Source of the DNA: an uncultured Gemmatimonadales bacterium
GTDB taxonomy: Bacteria; Gemmatimonadota; Gemmatimonadetes; Longimicrobiales; RSA9
Assembly: GCA_963708135.1 (NCBI GenBank)
Contig: OY970192.1
Coordinates: 832,001-896,000 of the forward strand
Length of the DNA: 64,000 nucleotides
Reading direction: 5' to 3'
Part shown: positions 48,683 to 62,799 of the stretch, piece after piece
How positions within the stretch are numbered: the first letter of the stretch is position 1
Layout of the letters: each line of letters starts with the position of its first letter
Translations under genes and position numbers: made by a program
The notes under the pieces: generated by a model
Told to the model about the DNA's origin: nothing
The model's database searches: none
What the model saw: only the letters and a program-made list of their open reading frames with translations

Positions 48683-49369
48683 ATGGCGGCAAACGCAACC
48701 CTCAGCGCGGCCCCCCGCGAAGGCAACGGCAAGTCGGCGGCGCACAAGCTGCGCGCGGGCGGCCGCGTCCCGGCGGTCGTGTACGGCCACGGCGAGGAGA
48801 CCCGCTCCGTGTCCGTGGACGCGCACGAGGTCGAGCAGCTCTTCAAGCGGATCTCGGTGGAGAACACGCTGATCACGCTGACCATCGAGGAGGGCGGGCG
48901 CACGAAGGGCGGCGAGCTGAGGGCGCTCGTGCGCGAGGTGCAGACGCACCCGGCGCGCGCCACCATCCTGCACGTCGATTTCTACCAGATCCACGCCGGC
49001 GAGCGCGTCTTCCTGGATGTCCCGATCCACATGATCGGCACCGCCGCGGGCGTGAAGGCCGGCGGCCTGCTGCAGCACGGGCTCAGCGAGCTGTCGGTGC
49101 GCTGCCTCGCCGACCAGATCCCGGAGGCCTTCGAGGTGGACGTCTCCGGCCTCGAGATCGGCGACTCCGTGCACGTCCGCGACCTGGTCATCCCCGACGG
49201 CGTCGAGGTCGACACCGATGGGGACATCACCGTCTGCTCGGTGATCCCGCCCGTGGTGGCCGCCGTCGAGGAGCCCGCGGAAGAGGAGATCGTGGGCGTC
49301 GGCGGCGAGGTGCAGCCCGAGCTGATCCGGCGGCACGCCGAGGAGGCCGCGGAGCAGGAAGAGGAGTGA
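48683..49369 (+). CDS. rplY: 50S ribosomal protein L25/Ctc
   Basis: LR..GRVPAVVYG, HVDF, GVK.GG. Confidence 0.93.
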   Translation: MAANATLSAAPREGNGKSAAHKLRAGGRVPAVVYGHGEETRSVSVDAHEVEQLFKRISVENTLITLTIEEGGRTKGGELRALVREVQTHPARATILHVDFYQIHAGERVFLDVPIHMIGTAAGVKAGGLLQHGLSELSVRCLADQIPEAFEVDVSGLEIGDSVHVRDLVIPDGVEVDTDGDITVCSVIPPVVAAVEEPAEEEIVGVGGEVQPELIRRHAEEAAEQEEE

Positions 49370-49397
49370 GCCCGCGGGCCCACTCCTCCCCCCGGCG

Positions 49398-49961
49398 GTG
49401 AAGATCGTCTGCGGTCTCGGCAACCCCGGCGTCGAGTACCAGGACACCCGCCACAACGTCGGCTGGTGGCTCCTCGAGCACGCCCGCCGCGCGTGGGACT
49501 TTCCCGGATTCCGCCGCGAGGGCCCCGCCCGCGTGACGAGCGGCCGCCTCGGCGCCGAGCCGGTCCGGCTGCTCGAGCCACTGACCTACATGAACCGCAG
49601 CGGGCGCGCGCTCGCGCCGCTTCGTGCGCGGCCGGACTTCGACATCGCCCGGGACCTGCTGGTCGTGGTGGACGATGTCGCGCTGGAGGTCGGCCGCGCG
49701 CGGCTGCGTGTCGGCGGCAGCGCGGGCGGCCACAACGGGCTCAAGTCCGTGGAGGCCGCGCTCGCCACGCGCGAGTATCCGCGGCTGCGGATCGGCGTGG
49801 GCGCCTGCCCTCCCGGGGCGGACCTGGCCGAGTGGGTCCTCTCGCCCGTTCCCGCCGAAGACCGGGAGCTGATCCTCTCCCGCCTGTCCGAGCTGGTGGA
49901 CGGCGTGCGCCTGTGGATCGAGGAGGGCGCCGGTCCCGCCATGCGCCTCGTGAACCCCTGA
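49398..49961 (+). CDS. pth: Peptidyl-tRNA hydrolase
   Basis: [28 protein letters not shown]. Confidence 0.95.
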   Translation: MKIVCGLGNPGVEYQDTRHNVGWWLLEHARRAWDFPGFRREGPARVTSGRLGAEPVRLLEPLTYMNRSGRALAPLRARPDFDIARDLLVVVDDVALEVGRARLRVGGSAGGHNGLKSVEAALATREYPRLRIGVGACPPGADLAEWVLSPVPAEDRELILSRLSELVDGVRLWIEEGAGPAMRLVNP

Positions 49962-49998
49962 TGAATTCGACTCGCTTCTCTCCGCGGAGGCTGTACCC

Positions 49999-52131
<2,133 letters not shown>

Positions 52132-52138
52132 GACCACC

Positions 52139-53330
52139 GTGAGCACGCGAGACCTCTCGTTCCAGCGCGCCATTGCCTTCGCGAGCGACCTGATCCGCAT
52201 CCCCGGCCCGCCCGGCGGGGAGGGCGACGTGGCCGAGCGCGTGCGCCGCGAGCTCGAGGCGCTCGGCTTCGACGAGGTCCTCGTGGACTCCCTCGGCAAC
52301 GTCATCGGCCGCGTGCGCGGCACCGGCGGGGCGCCCGCCGTCATGGTCAACAGCCACCTCGACGTGGTCGATGTCGGCGACCCCTCGAGCTGGGAGTTCC
52401 CGCCCTTCGGCGGCGTCGTGGACGGCGGCTTTCTGCACGGCCGCGGCGCCATGGACATCAAGGGGCCGCTCGCGCTCCAGACCTACGCGGCCGCCCGCTT
52501 CCTCGACGACCGCGCGGAAGGCGACGTCATCGTCGCCCACACCGTCTACGAGGAGCGCGGCGGTTGGGGGATGGAGCACCTGCTCGAGGCCGGCCTCGTC
52601 TCGCCCGGAGCCGTCATCATCGGCGAGGCCACCGGCGGCGACATCTGCATCGGCCACCGCGGCCGCGCCGAGCTCGTCCTCGAGGTGCACGGCCTGGCCG
52701 GCCATGCCTCCGCCCCCGAGCGCGCCCGCAACCCCCTGGCCGTGCTCCCGTCGCTGATCCCGGCCCTCGCCGCCTTCGCCGCCGCGCTCGGCAGCGACCC
52801 CGTGCTCGGCCGTGCCACGCTCGCGCCCACCATGGTCGAGACGCTGCCGCGCAGCCGCAACGTGATCCCCGACCGACTCCGCGTGTTCGTCAACTGGCGC
52901 GTGCTGCCCGATACCACGCCAGATAGCGCCGTCGCCACGCTCGAAGCCTTCCTGAAGGAGCACGTCGAGCTCCCCGAGGGCTGCTCCCTCGAGGTCCGCT
53001 TCGCCACCGAGCGCCAGGCCAGCTTCACCGGCCGCGAGGCGGACCGCGGCCTCTTCTCGCCCGGCTTCCTCCTCGATGCCGCGCACCCCGTCGCGCGCGC
53101 CGCCGCGGAAGCCGTCACCGAGGCGACGGGGCGCGCGCCGGGCGTCCGGCCCTGGACCTTCGCCACCGACGGCGGCCACTCCTGCGGCGAGCACGGCATC
53201 CCCACCATCGGCTACGCCCCGGGCGAGGAGCGCCACGCCCACACCAATCGCGAGCGCCTCGACCTGGACGACGCCCGCGTCGCCTACGAGGCGTATCCCG
53301 CGCTGATTCGTGCCGTGATGGGGGCGCTGC

Positions 53331-53338
<8 letters not shown>
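52139..53338 (+). CDS. M20 family metallopeptidase/deacylase
   Basis: SHLDVV, GRGA.D.KG, EE, GE.T, AH. Confidence 0.88.
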
Positions 53339-54440
<1,102 letters not shown>

Positions 54441-54462
54441 CGGGGCGGAACGGGTTCAGCCG

Positions 54463-57400
54463 TTACGGCAACACATCCCAGAACGAGGGGTCGGCATCGG
54501 CCTTCGCCTGCTTGCCGTCCGCCGAGACTCCCGCCGTGAACGTCTTGTTGTCCCCGCTGGTGTTGAACGCCTCCATGGCGTTCGCGGCCTCCTGGATCGC
54601 GGTCACGTCCGTGCCGCAATAGGCCGCCTTCGCCTGAGCGATGCTCGTCCCCCCGCTCGGAGAGGATCCGAAGGCCGCGTTGTTCAGGATCGCTGCCAGC
54701 AGCTGCTGCAGCAGCGTCATCCTGGCCTGGTCCAGCGCCGAGCGCGCGCCGCCGGTGCTGGTCCCGGAGATGCTCGACCAGAATCCTCCCAGCACGCCGC
54801 CGATCGTGGAGACCTCCCGGGTGCACACCGTGCGACTGCCGAGGCCGGTGAACGTGTGTCCGCCCACCGAGCCGCCGAACCACACCGCGTTGGTCACGCT
54901 CTCGTGCGTGGCCCAGAAGCCCTGCGTCCTCGTCGTGCCGGTGTTCTGCTGGTTGATGAAGGTGCAGGTGACGGTTTCGCCGTTCACGAGCGTCGTGGAG
55001 ACCGTCGAGGTGGCGGCCGGGTCCACCGACGCCTCGCCCTGGGCCGAGCAGCCGAGGTCGGTGAGGATGTAGCCGGCCGTCGGGGACTCGGTGATCGTCT
55101 TCACACCGGCCGGGAGGTTCTCGAAGACGACCGTGTCGGCAAGGTCGACCCCCGGCGGGGTCAGGGTGAAGCTGGGGGCGATGCCGACGCCCGTCGCCGT
55201 GAAGGCGAAGGTCGCGGCCGCGCCCTTCACCTGCTTTACGATCCTCAGCACAGCCGGCTGGTCGTTGTTGGTGATGGTGCAGGTGACGGTGTCGCCGGCG
55301 GCGATGGTGACCGAGCCGGACTGCGCGTCGCCACTGACCAGCCCCTTGGTGCAGCTCCAGGTGCCGTCCGTGTAGCCGCTCACCGCGTTCTCGTGCAGGC
55401 TGTAGGTGCCCGCGGCCACGCCCAGGCGAGCGCTCGTGTAGCGCAGCGTGGCCGTGCCGTCCGCCACGCCCGCCCCGAAGCTCAGCGTGCCGGCGCTGGT
55501 CGTGAGGCCGAAGTCGCCCACGGCCTTCGTGCCGCCGTCGTCGTTCACGACGCGCTTCACCACGCTCAGCGCGCCGCCGCTCCCGCCACTGCCGCCGCCC
55601 CCGCTGCCGCCGCCGGGATTGTCGTTGTTGGTGATGGTGCAGGTCACGGTGTCGCCGGCGGCGATGGTGACCGAGCCGGTCTGCGCGTCGCCACTGACCA
55701 GCCCCCTGGTGCAGCTCCAGGTGCCGTCCGTGTAGCCGCTCACCGCGTTCTCGTGCAGGCTGTAGGTGCCCGCGGCCACGCCCAGGCGAGCGCTCGTGTA
55801 GCGCAGCGTGGCCGTGCCGTCCGCCACGCCCGCCCCGAAGCTCAGCGTGCCGGCGCTGGTCGTGAGGCCGAAGTCGCCCACGGCCTTCGTGCCGCCGTCG
55901 TCGTTCACGACGCGCTTCACCACGCTCAGCGCGCCGCCGCTCCCGCCACTGCCGCCGCCCCCACTGCCGCCGCCGGGATTGTCGTTGTTGGTGATGGTGC
56001 AGGTGACGGTGTCGCCGGCGGCGATGGTGACCGAGCCGGACTGCGCGTCGCCACTGACCAGCCCCCTGGTGCAGCTCCAGGTGCCGTCCGTGTAGCCGCT
56101 CACCGCGTTCTCGTGCAGGCTGTAGGTGCCCGCGGCCACGCCCAGGCGAGCGCTCGTGTAGCGCAGCGTGGCCGTGCCGTCCGCCACGCCCGCCCCGAAG
56201 CTCAGCGTGCCGGCGCTGGTCGTGAGGCCGAAGTCGCCCACGGCCTTCGTGCCGCCGTCGTCGTTCACGACGCGCTTCACCACGCTCAGCGCGCCGCCGC
56301 TCCCGCCACTGCCGCCGCCCCCGCTGCCGCCGCCGGGATTGTCGTTGTTGGTGATGGTGCAGGTCACGGTGTCGCCGGCGGCGATGGTGACCGAGCCGGT
56401 CTGCGCGTCGCCACTGACCAGCCCCCTGGTGCAGCTCCAGGTGCCGTCCGTGTAGCCGCTCACCGCGTTCTCGTGCAGGCTGTAGGTGCCCGCGGCCACG
56501 CCCAGGCGAGCGCTCGTGTAGCGCAGCGTGGCCGTGCCGTCCGCCACGCCCGCCCCGAAGCTCAGCGTGCCGGCGCTGGTCGTGAGGCCGAAGTCGCCCA
56601 CGGCCTTCGTGCCGCCGTCGTCGTTCACGACGCGCTTCACCACGCTCAGCGCGCCGCCGCTCCCGCCACTGCCGCCACCACTCCCGCCCCCGCCACCCTT
56701 ACTGGCCGGAACGACCGTGACCACCGCGGTGTCGGACGCCCCTCCCGAGGTCGCTACCACGAGCCCGGTGCCCAGCGCGAGGCCTGTCAGCACGCCGGTC
56801 GGCGAGACGCCGACGATCGTCGGACTGAGGGATACCCACGTCACGGTGTACGGCAGCGGGTTCCCGCCGGCATCGCGCGGCGTCGCGACGAGCGTCTGTT
56901 GCCCGCCCAGTGGGACGGTGGGGTTCGGAATGGAGAGCGTGATTACGTCCACCGGTGCCCCGACCGTGACCGCGACGTCCACCGTGAGCGGGGCCACCCT
57001 GGGCGCGCTGGAGGTCACGGTTACGATGGCATGGTAGACCCCCGCGCCGAGCTGGCTGAGGTCGGCCCGCAGCGTCAGCATCGCCGGGGCGGCGGTCGGG
57101 GTCACGGTCGCGCTGAGCCATCCGGTCGGCTCCCCTGCGGCGTAGCTCACGCTCACGGACAGACCGTCGAGGACTCCGGTGCCGACGTTGGTGATCTCCA
57201 CCTGAGTGGCGATGCTGCCGGAGCTGACCGCGCCGCCGAGGCCCACCTGGCTCGTGCTCGCGGCCAGCACCGGGCGACCGACCCGGATAGACGCCGTACC
57301 GAACTGGCCCTCATACGTAGCCGTGATGATCGCGCTGCCGTTTCCCACGGCCGTGACGAGGCCACCCGCGTCCACTCTCGCCACCCCGGGATCGCTCGTG

Positions 57401-58452
57401 GACCAGGCGACGGTCCGGCCCGAGAGCGCATGACCCGCGCCGTCCACGGGCTTCGCATCGAGTCGCGTCGTCTCCCCGATCGAGAGAGCGGCGAGGTCGG
57501 GGCTCACCAGGACCGCCACCGCGGTGGCGGGCCACACGACGACGACCACGCTCGCGCTCTGTCCGTCCACGGAAGCGGTAATTACGGCGGTCCCGGGTGC
57601 CACCGCGCGGATGGTCCCGGCGTTGTCAACCGTCACCGTGCCGGGATTCAGGCTCGTCCACGTGAACGACCGCTGGAGCGCGTTCCCGTTGCGGTCCCGG
57701 GCCGTGGCGGTGAGCGACGCGGTCGAGTCGAGCGAGACGGCGAGACTGTCTATCCGGAGCGCTACGCGTTCGACGGTCGCGTGGACCCCGACGCGGGTCT
57801 GCGCGGTGAACCCCTGGTACGACGCCGTCAAGTGGGCATCGCCCTCCGTCACGGCCGTGACGAGCCCGGTGGGAGTGACCCGCACCACACCGCCACCGTC
57901 GGCCGTCCAGCTCGGCTGGATGCCGGTCACGGTGTCGCCGTTCGCGAACACGACGGCGGCCGTCGCCTGCACCGTGTCGCCCAGCGCGGTGAGCGTGCGG
58001 GACGAGTCGGCGGCGACCATGCCGGCTACCACCGGTGTCACGGTGACCACCACCGTGTCCCGCATCCCGCGGCGCAGTACCCCCGACCCGGTGCCGTGGA
58101 ACATCGCGCGCCCCTGGCTGGTGAGGTCCACGCTGATCTGGAAGGTGCCGATCGGGTTCCGTATGCGCAGCTCGATCGGGAGCTTGGCGTCGCTCGTTCC
58201 GGAGCTCGTCACGACCGTGTCGAGCACCGTCGTCGCATTGGCGACCAGCTGCAGGTGCGCGGCGTCGGTGTGGGCGAACGCCTCCGCCGTGCCCGCCGCA
58301 TTCGCCGAGGCCGTCACCGAGAGCGACAGTGTCAGCGGCGGCTCCGCGGCCGCGGGCGCCAGCAGGCGGTCGGTGCAGCTCCCGCTCAGGGCGGCAGAGG
58401 CAACCATGGCGAGTTGGAGCGCCAAACGAGTGCGGCGAGACACGTGGATCAT
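54463..58452 (-). CDS. Large surface lipoprotein/adhesin with Big_2 Ig-like domains and four tandem 120-aa repeats
   Basis: Signal ending SGSC; W.S....VA.VD..G.VTAV..G.A.ITA motifs; Gly/Ser linkers. Confidence 0.85.
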   Translation of the reverse strand: MIHVSRRTRLALQLAMVASAALSGSCTDRLLAPAAAEPPLTLSLSVTASANAAGTAEAFAHTDAAHLQLVANATTVLDTVVTSSGTSDAKLPIELRIRNPIGTFQISVDLTSQGRAMFHGTGSGVLRRGMRDTVVVTVTPVVAGMVAADSSRTLTALGDTVQATAAVVFANGDTVTGIQPSWTADGGGVVRVTPTGLVTAVTEGDAHLTASYQGFTAQTRVGVHATVERVALRIDSLAVSLDSTASLTATARDRNGNALQRSFTWTSLNPGTVTVDNAGTIRAVAPGTAVITASVDGQSASVVVVVWPATAVAVLVSPDLAALSIGETTRLDAKPVDGAGHALSGRTVAWSTSDPGVARVDAGGLVTAVGNGSAIITATYEGQFGTASIRVGRPVLAASTSQVGLGGAVSSGSIATQVEITNVGTGVLDGLSVSVSYAAGEPTGWLSATVTPTAAPAMLTLRADLSQLGAGVYHAIVTVTSSAPRVAPLTVDVAVTVGAPVDVITLSIPNPTVPLGGQQTLVATPRDAGGNPLPYTVTWVSLSPTIVGVSPTGVLTGLALGTGLVVATSGGASDTAVVTVVPASKGGGGGSGGGSGGSGGALSVVKRVVNDDGGTKAVGDFGLTTSAGTLSFGAGVADGTATLRYTSARLGVAAGTYSLHENAVSGYTDGTWSCTRGLVSGDAQTGSVTIAAGDTVTCTITNNDNPGGGSGGGGSGGSGGALSVVKRVVNDDGGTKAVGDFGLTTSAGTLSFGAGVADGTATLRYTSARLGVAAGTYSLHENAVSGYTDGTWSCTRGLVSGDAQSGSVTIAAGDTVTCTITNNDNPGGGSGGGGSGGSGGALSVVKRVVNDDGGTKAVGDFGLTTSAGTLSFGAGVADGTATLRYTSARLGVAAGTYSLHENAVSGYTDGTWSCTRGLVSGDAQTGSVTIAAGDTVTCTITNNDNPGGGSGGGGSGGSGGALSVVKRVVNDDGGTKAVGDFGLTTSAGTLSFGAGVADGTATLRYTSARLGVAAGTYSLHENAVSGYTDGTWSCTKGLVSGDAQSGSVTIAAGDTVTCTITNNDQPAVLRIVKQVKGAAATFAFTATGVGIAPSFTLTPPGVDLADTVVFENLPAGVKTITESPTAGYILTDLGCSAQGEASVDPAATSTVSTTLVNGETVTCTFINQQNTGTTRTQGFWATHESVTNAVWFGGSVGGHTFTGLGSRTVCTREVSTIGGVLGGFWSSISGTSTGGARSALDQARMTLLQQLLAAILNNAAFGSSPSGGTSIAQAKAAYCGTDVTAIQEAANAMEAFNTSGDNKTFTAGVSADGKQAKADADPSFWDVLP
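55261..56676. repeat. Four near-identical 360-bp intragenic tandem repeats
   Basis: Starts 55261, 55621, 55981, 56341. Confidence 0.95.
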
Positions 58453-59576
58453 CGCTCTGCTCCTCCGAAGCGCACACCCATCCCGAGGTCGAATCCCGTG
58501 AAACCCGTACTGCTCCCCTGGGCCACCAGCACCCGGCCGAAGCGCGCCCGTGCCTGTGGCAGGACGAGCGCCCGGCGGCCGATCGGAATCTGCGCGGAGG
58601 CGCCGACCCCGACGATCGTCCCCTGGTCGAGGCCGTCCGCCCGGCGAACCACGCGCACGTCGGTGGCCGGAAGCAGGACCCAGCCGCCCAGGGGCAGCCG
58701 TAGCCCGCCACCGACGAGATAGAGATCCTGCGCCTCCGGCTGCGTTGGCCCCGCGCTCAGGTACGTGCTGCGTGCGCGACGCAGCAGCCCGGCGTAGACG
58801 AGCCCGCTGGCCCGGGCCCCGGCCGCGAATGCGTAGGAGCTCATGACCTGGACCCGATCCCCGGAGCGATAGAGGTTGGCGCCGTCCACCTGGTCGGTGC
58901 TGCTGTGGAGATAGGTGAGCTGGAGCGACGCCTTCCCCGAAGATCCCGTATTGAGGTCAAGGGCGAGGCGTCCCCGGAGCTGGTTTCCCGGCCGGTAGCC
59001 GAACTCTGGCTCGCTCAGCAGATCGTAGCGGCGGCCGACGAGGTAGGAAGCGCTCACGCCCAGGCCGAAGCGACCCGTCGAATGCGCCGCCGCGACCGCC
59101 AGCCCCCCGGCGCCGCCCGCGCCCCAGTTGGAGATCCGGAACGGCAGCAGCTCCGAGGCGATCACCCCGGCCAGCATGGCCTCATCCAGGGTCTGGCGCT
59201 CCATGCCAGTCGGCAGGATCGCCACGGCGGTCACCGACGCCATCTCGCCGTGCACGGGGAGCACGAGGCTCAGCTGGGTGTCCGTGAAGCCGCTCAGCGT
59301 CACCTTGGAGCCGTCCTCGAGCTTGAGGGTGCCGCGCGCGTAGGCGCCGTCCAGGCTCAACGAGGAGCCGAGGAAGAACGGGACCCGCACTGCCACCGGA
59401 ACCGTCAGCAGCGAGACGGCATCGATCCCGGTCTGCGTCGGGTCCCTGAAGTGGTAACCCTCGTAGCTCGCGGCCAACCCGGCCGAAGGCGCCTGCGCCA
59501 GCGCGCCCGCAGGGGCGAGGGCGGTGGCCAGCGCCAGCGCGGGCACCAGCCGGTGAACCCGACGGGAGTGGGTCAT
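58449..59576 (-). CDS. Putative outer-membrane beta-barrel protein
   Basis: Signal peptide ALA-Q, alternating beta strands, ends GMGVRF. Confidence 0.65.
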   Translation of the reverse strand: MTHSRRVHRLVPALALATALAPAGALAQAPSAGLAASYEGYHFRDPTQTGIDAVSLLTVPVAVRVPFFLGSSLSLDGAYARGTLKLEDGSKVTLSGFTDTQLSLVLPVHGEMASVTAVAILPTGMERQTLDEAMLAGVIASELLPFRISNWGAGGAGGLAVAAAHSTGRFGLGVSASYLVGRRYDLLSEPEFGYRPGNQLRGRLALDLNTGSSGKASLQLTYLHSSTDQVDGANLYRSGDRVQVMSSYAFAAGARASGLVYAGLLRRARSTYLSAGPTQPEAQDLYLVGGGLRLPLGGWVLLPATDVRVVRRADGLDQGTIVGVGASAQIPIGRRALVLPQARARFGRVLVAQGSSTGFTGFDLGMGVRFGGAER

Positions 59577-59586
59577 GCGGTGCACC

Positions 59587-60888
59587 TCACGGCCGGCTGA
59601 TGATGACGACTGGCATGGCCGGAATGGAGAGCCCATCCATCCCGAGGATCTCAGAGCCCGGATTGCGCGCGATCGGGTCCGGCAGCAGCACCATCACCGG
59701 GTCGAGCCCCACGACCGAGACCGGTCCGGTCCGGATCTGACGATCCACGAGGGAGGGCGACGGTGGACCGCTTCCGCTCTCGGCGGCGGCTTCCGCCAGC
59801 CGCTCCGGCGTCTGCGTCTCGCCCGAGCTCAGCGCCTCCGCCTCCCGCTCCCGCGTCGCCGCTTCCCGGAACGACGGGTCGAGCGCGGCGGCCTTCCGGA
59901 AATGCCCGGCGGCCTCGCTGAACCGACCCGCGTCCAGCGCCTCGAGGCCCGAGCCGAACGCGAGGAGCGCCTGCAGGTTCCCGGTAGCCCGGTGCTCCAC
60001 ACGCTCCCGTTCCGCCGGCGTGAGCTGGATCCCCATCGCATCGTACAGCCCCAGCGCGATCTGCTTCTCCATGTCGAAGAGGCGGGTCACTCGGGCCTGC
60101 GCCTGCACCGGCGCCAGGCTGCCGAGGTCCGTGCCGACGCCGACCACTGCCGCACTGATCCGCAGCTCGTCGGCGCCCCCGCCGATCCGACCCTCCACCA
60201 CCCGCCCGGCGTGCAGCAGCTGGCCGCTCCGGACGGCAGTGGCGGGATCGACCAGGCCGGAGTCGGAGAGACCGATCTCGTCAATCAGTAGCTGGACCTG
60301 CGTGCGCTCCAGCACGCGGAGCCGCCGCGTCTGGGAGAGGTCGGTCGTCAGCAAGGAGGAGAGCGCCCGGCTCAGCGGCGCGTACTGCGGATCGCTGCCC
60401 GCGTACAGGAAGGGGAAGATGGCCAGATTGCGCGGCTCCGGCGGGGACTGCGAGAGCTGCGCCTCCCGCGCCAGCGCCCCGCGAACCGCCGCCACGAGCT
60501 CTTGCCGTCGAAGGTGCGCCAGCCGACTCCGGATGGCGCCCTTCAGGCGCTCCGATCCACCCAGCGCGAGGAAGCGCCGGTAAAGGTCGGCGGCCGCAGA
60601 ATCCTGGCCCAGGTCGTCTTCCGTCAGTGCCAGGTTCAGCACGCCCGGCGCGCTCCGGGGATTCGCGGCTACCACGCGCCCGAGCACCGCGCGTGCCGAA
60701 TCGCGCTGCCCGGCCGCGCGCAGGGCGGCGCCCAGCGCCACCTGCGCATCCTCGCCACCCCCATCGCCGGCCTGCTGCCGCAGGCGCGCGAGCTCCGACG
60801 GCGTGGGAGCTCGATTGACGGATACCTGCCCCGCACACCCGCCGACGAGCACGGCGAGCATCAAACAAAGACGCCGATCCATGGCCAT
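59587..60888 (-). CDS. TPR + CsgG/TolB-N-like lipoprotein
   Basis: VGGC lipobox, TPR helices, LAIFPF...LRVLER.QV..L..E...G.VD..TA...G.LL.A. Confidence 0.75.
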   Translation of the reverse strand: MAMDRRLCLMLAVLVGGCAGQVSVNRAPTPSELARLRQQAGDGGGEDAQVALGAALRAAGQRDSARAVLGRVVAANPRSAPGVLNLALTEDDLGQDSAAADLYRRFLALGGSERLKGAIRSRLAHLRRQELVAAVRGALAREAQLSQSPPEPRNLAIFPFLYAGSDPQYAPLSRALSSLLTTDLSQTRRLRVLERTQVQLLIDEIGLSDSGLVDPATAVRSGQLLHAGRVVEGRIGGGADELRISAAVVGVGTDLGSLAPVQAQARVTRLFDMEKQIALGLYDAMGIQLTPAERERVEHRATGNLQALLAFGSGLEALDAGRFSEAAGHFRKAAALDPSFREAATREREAEALSSGETQTPERLAEAAAESGSGPPSPSLVDRQIRTGPVSVVGLDPVMVLLPDPIARNPGSEILGMDGLSIPAMPVVIISRP

Positions 60889-61234
60889 ACCTTGCTGCCA
60901 GTCGATGTAGAGGGACAAAAAAACGCGAGGTGGTGGTCACCTCGCGTCGGTGCACGCCCCAGGTTGTCGAAGCTATGGTGTGGAGCCGCCGGACCACGCG
61001 CGCGGGCTATGCGCCGCACGCACGGCGCCGCCGCTCCTCCGGGAGGCGCTCGAAGCCGAATTGCATTTCTGACGGTGATAGGTTCGCCAGCTTGGAAGGC
61101 TATCAGCCGCCCCGCCTTTCCGCAACGGGGTAGCCGCCGCCAGGCCGCCGGGCGACAGCCGTCCCGCACCCGCCGCCGCTACACCCGCGCTCGCCGGCGG
61201 CCGACCGACTCCCGTCGGCCGCTCACGCCGCCGG

Positions 61235-61657
61235 CTAGCGCCTCAGCGCCTCGAGCCGCGCGCGTACCTCGGCCGGCAGCCGCGCCTTTGCCCCCGCCCC
61301 GTAGTCGTATGCGACGACGACACCCTCGCCCTCAGCCGCGACCGCGGCCTGCGCGGTGCTGACGAGACGGTACTCCATCGTGAAGCGGTCCTCCCCGATC
61401 TCGGTGGCCCGCGTGCCGACGCGGACCGTGTCCGGGAAGGCGAGCGGGCGGCGAAAGCGGCAGCTCGTGGAGGCCAGGATCGGGCCCACGCCGCCGTTCA
61501 TCGCACCCTCGCGGAAAGCGATGCGGATCAGCAGCTCGATCCGCGCGATCTCGAAGTAGCGAAAGAACACCGTGTTGTTCACGTGCCCGAACGCGTCCAT
61601 GTCCCCCCAGCGCAAAGGAACATCGACGACGATCGGGAAGCCGGCGAGGAGGTCCAT
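61235..61657 (-). CDS. Acyl-CoA thioesterase (4HBT/YbgC family)
   Basis: RWGDMDAFGHVNNTVF.RYFE.AR. Confidence 0.9.
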   Translation of the reverse strand: MDLLAGFPIVVDVPLRWGDMDAFGHVNNTVFFRYFEIARIELLIRIAFREGAMNGGVGPILASTSCRFRRPLAFPDTVRVGTRATEIGEDRFTMEYRLVSTAQAAVAAEGEGVVVAYDYGAGAKARLPAEVRARLEALRR

Positions 61658-61723
61658 GGGCGACCAAAGTAGAAATCCACGCTCCGCGCGTCGAGGCCGC
61701 CCCGCGCATATGCCGGATCCGCG

Positions 61724-61900
61724 TTAGCGCCGGCTGAGGCCGGCGAAGTACCCGGCAAAGCAGAGCAGGATGGCGACCAGGACCAGTGGGATCACCAGCA
61801 CCCCCGGCCTGTTCGGGTGGCTGGCCGCGATCGGCGCCGTGGTCGCTGCGACCAGCGCAGCAAGCACCGCCGTGAGAACCGCCTTCTGTTTGTAATCCAT
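61724..61900 (-). CDS. Small two-TM hypothetical protein
   Basis: AAGGAG RBS, MDYKQKAVLTAVL..., two hydrophobic segments. Confidence 0.5.
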   Translation of the reverse strand: MDYKQKAVLTAVLAALVAATTAPIAASHPNRPGVLVIPLVLVAILLCFAGYFAGLSRR

Positions 61901-62115
61901 CTGTCGCCCGACTCCTTGCAATGATCGGCCATGGACGCGCACGGCCCTTGCTTCCTCCCCCCGGCCCCTGACATCCGCCGGGGCGGAACCCTCGTCAGGA
62001 CTTCCTTGTCCTCTATCTAGCGGTTGCCGACAGGAGCGAGCAACCCCGCCCCATCCGCCTTCCACAGTTCCGCTGATCTCCCGCCCCCGGCCCCTGCCCG
62101 TGGGGCAGTCTCCCC

Positions 62116-62144
62116 TCGACACGCCCGTCCGCCTCGGCTATACT
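62116..62144 (+). promoter_or_regulatory. Candidate sigma70 promoter of rpsF operon
   Basis: TCGACA-N17-TATACT. Confidence 0.6.
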
Positions 62145-62206
62145 ACCATGCTAAACCTGCTCCGCCCCCTCCAGGCGGGGCCTCGGACCATGGGAGGAGG
62201 AACGCG

Positions 62207-62572
62207 GTGAGAGACTACGAGGTCGTCTACATCTTCGACTCGGCGCTGGCCGAGGAGCAGATCAACGAGAAGCTGGACCGGTTCCACGCGCTGCTGACGG
62301 GCGATCACGGTGGCGAGATCACGGCCGTGGACCACTGGGGCCGGCGGCAGCTCGCCTATCCCATCCGCAAGAAGCCGAACGGGTACTACGTCGTCGTGCA
62401 GTTTCGCGCGGAGACGGAGTCGTTGCCGGAGTTCGAGCGGGTGCTGAAGCTGGACGACGAGCTGCTGCGGTATCTGGTGGTGCTGCACGAGGGTGAGCCG
62501 ACTGCGCCGATGTCGCTCGCGACCCGCGAGCCGCGCGGCGAGGATGACGAAGACCAGGACGAGGAGGACTGA
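62207..62572 (+). CDS. rpsF: 30S ribosomal protein S6
   Basis: [17 protein letters not shown]...GYY. Confidence 0.95.
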   Translation: MRDYEVVYIFDSALAEEQINEKLDRFHALLTGDHGGEITAVDHWGRRQLAYPIRKKPNGYYVVVQFRAETESLPEFERVLKLDDELLRYLVVLHEGEPTAPMSLATREPRGEDDEDQDEED

Positions 62573-62573
62573 C

Positions 62574-62795
62574 ATGCCTCGCTCCAACAAGACCTGTCCG
62601 CTCTGCGAGAACGGGATCCGCTACATCAACTACAAGGACGAGCGCTCGCTCTCGCGCTTCATCACCGAGCAGGGGAAGATCCTCGCGCGGCGGATGACGG
62701 GGATGTGCGCGCGTCACCAGCGGCAGGTCGGGACCGCGGTGAAGCGGGCTCGCTACCTGGCCCTGGTGCCGTACGTCAAGCAGTTCCAGGACTGA
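62574..62795 (+). CDS. rpsR: 30S ribosomal protein S18 (Zn-binding type)
   Basis: CPLC, INYKD, GKIL.RR.TG.CARHQR. Confidence 0.95.
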   Translation: MPRSNKTCPLCENGIRYINYKDERSLSRFITEQGKILARRMTGMCARHQRQVGTAVKRARYLALVPYVKQFQD

Positions 62796-62799
62796 GGTG

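Noticed and set aside
62145..62206. S6:S18 leader RNA
   Set aside because: A C-rich segment could pair with the RBS, but I cannot confirm the motif without a covariance search.
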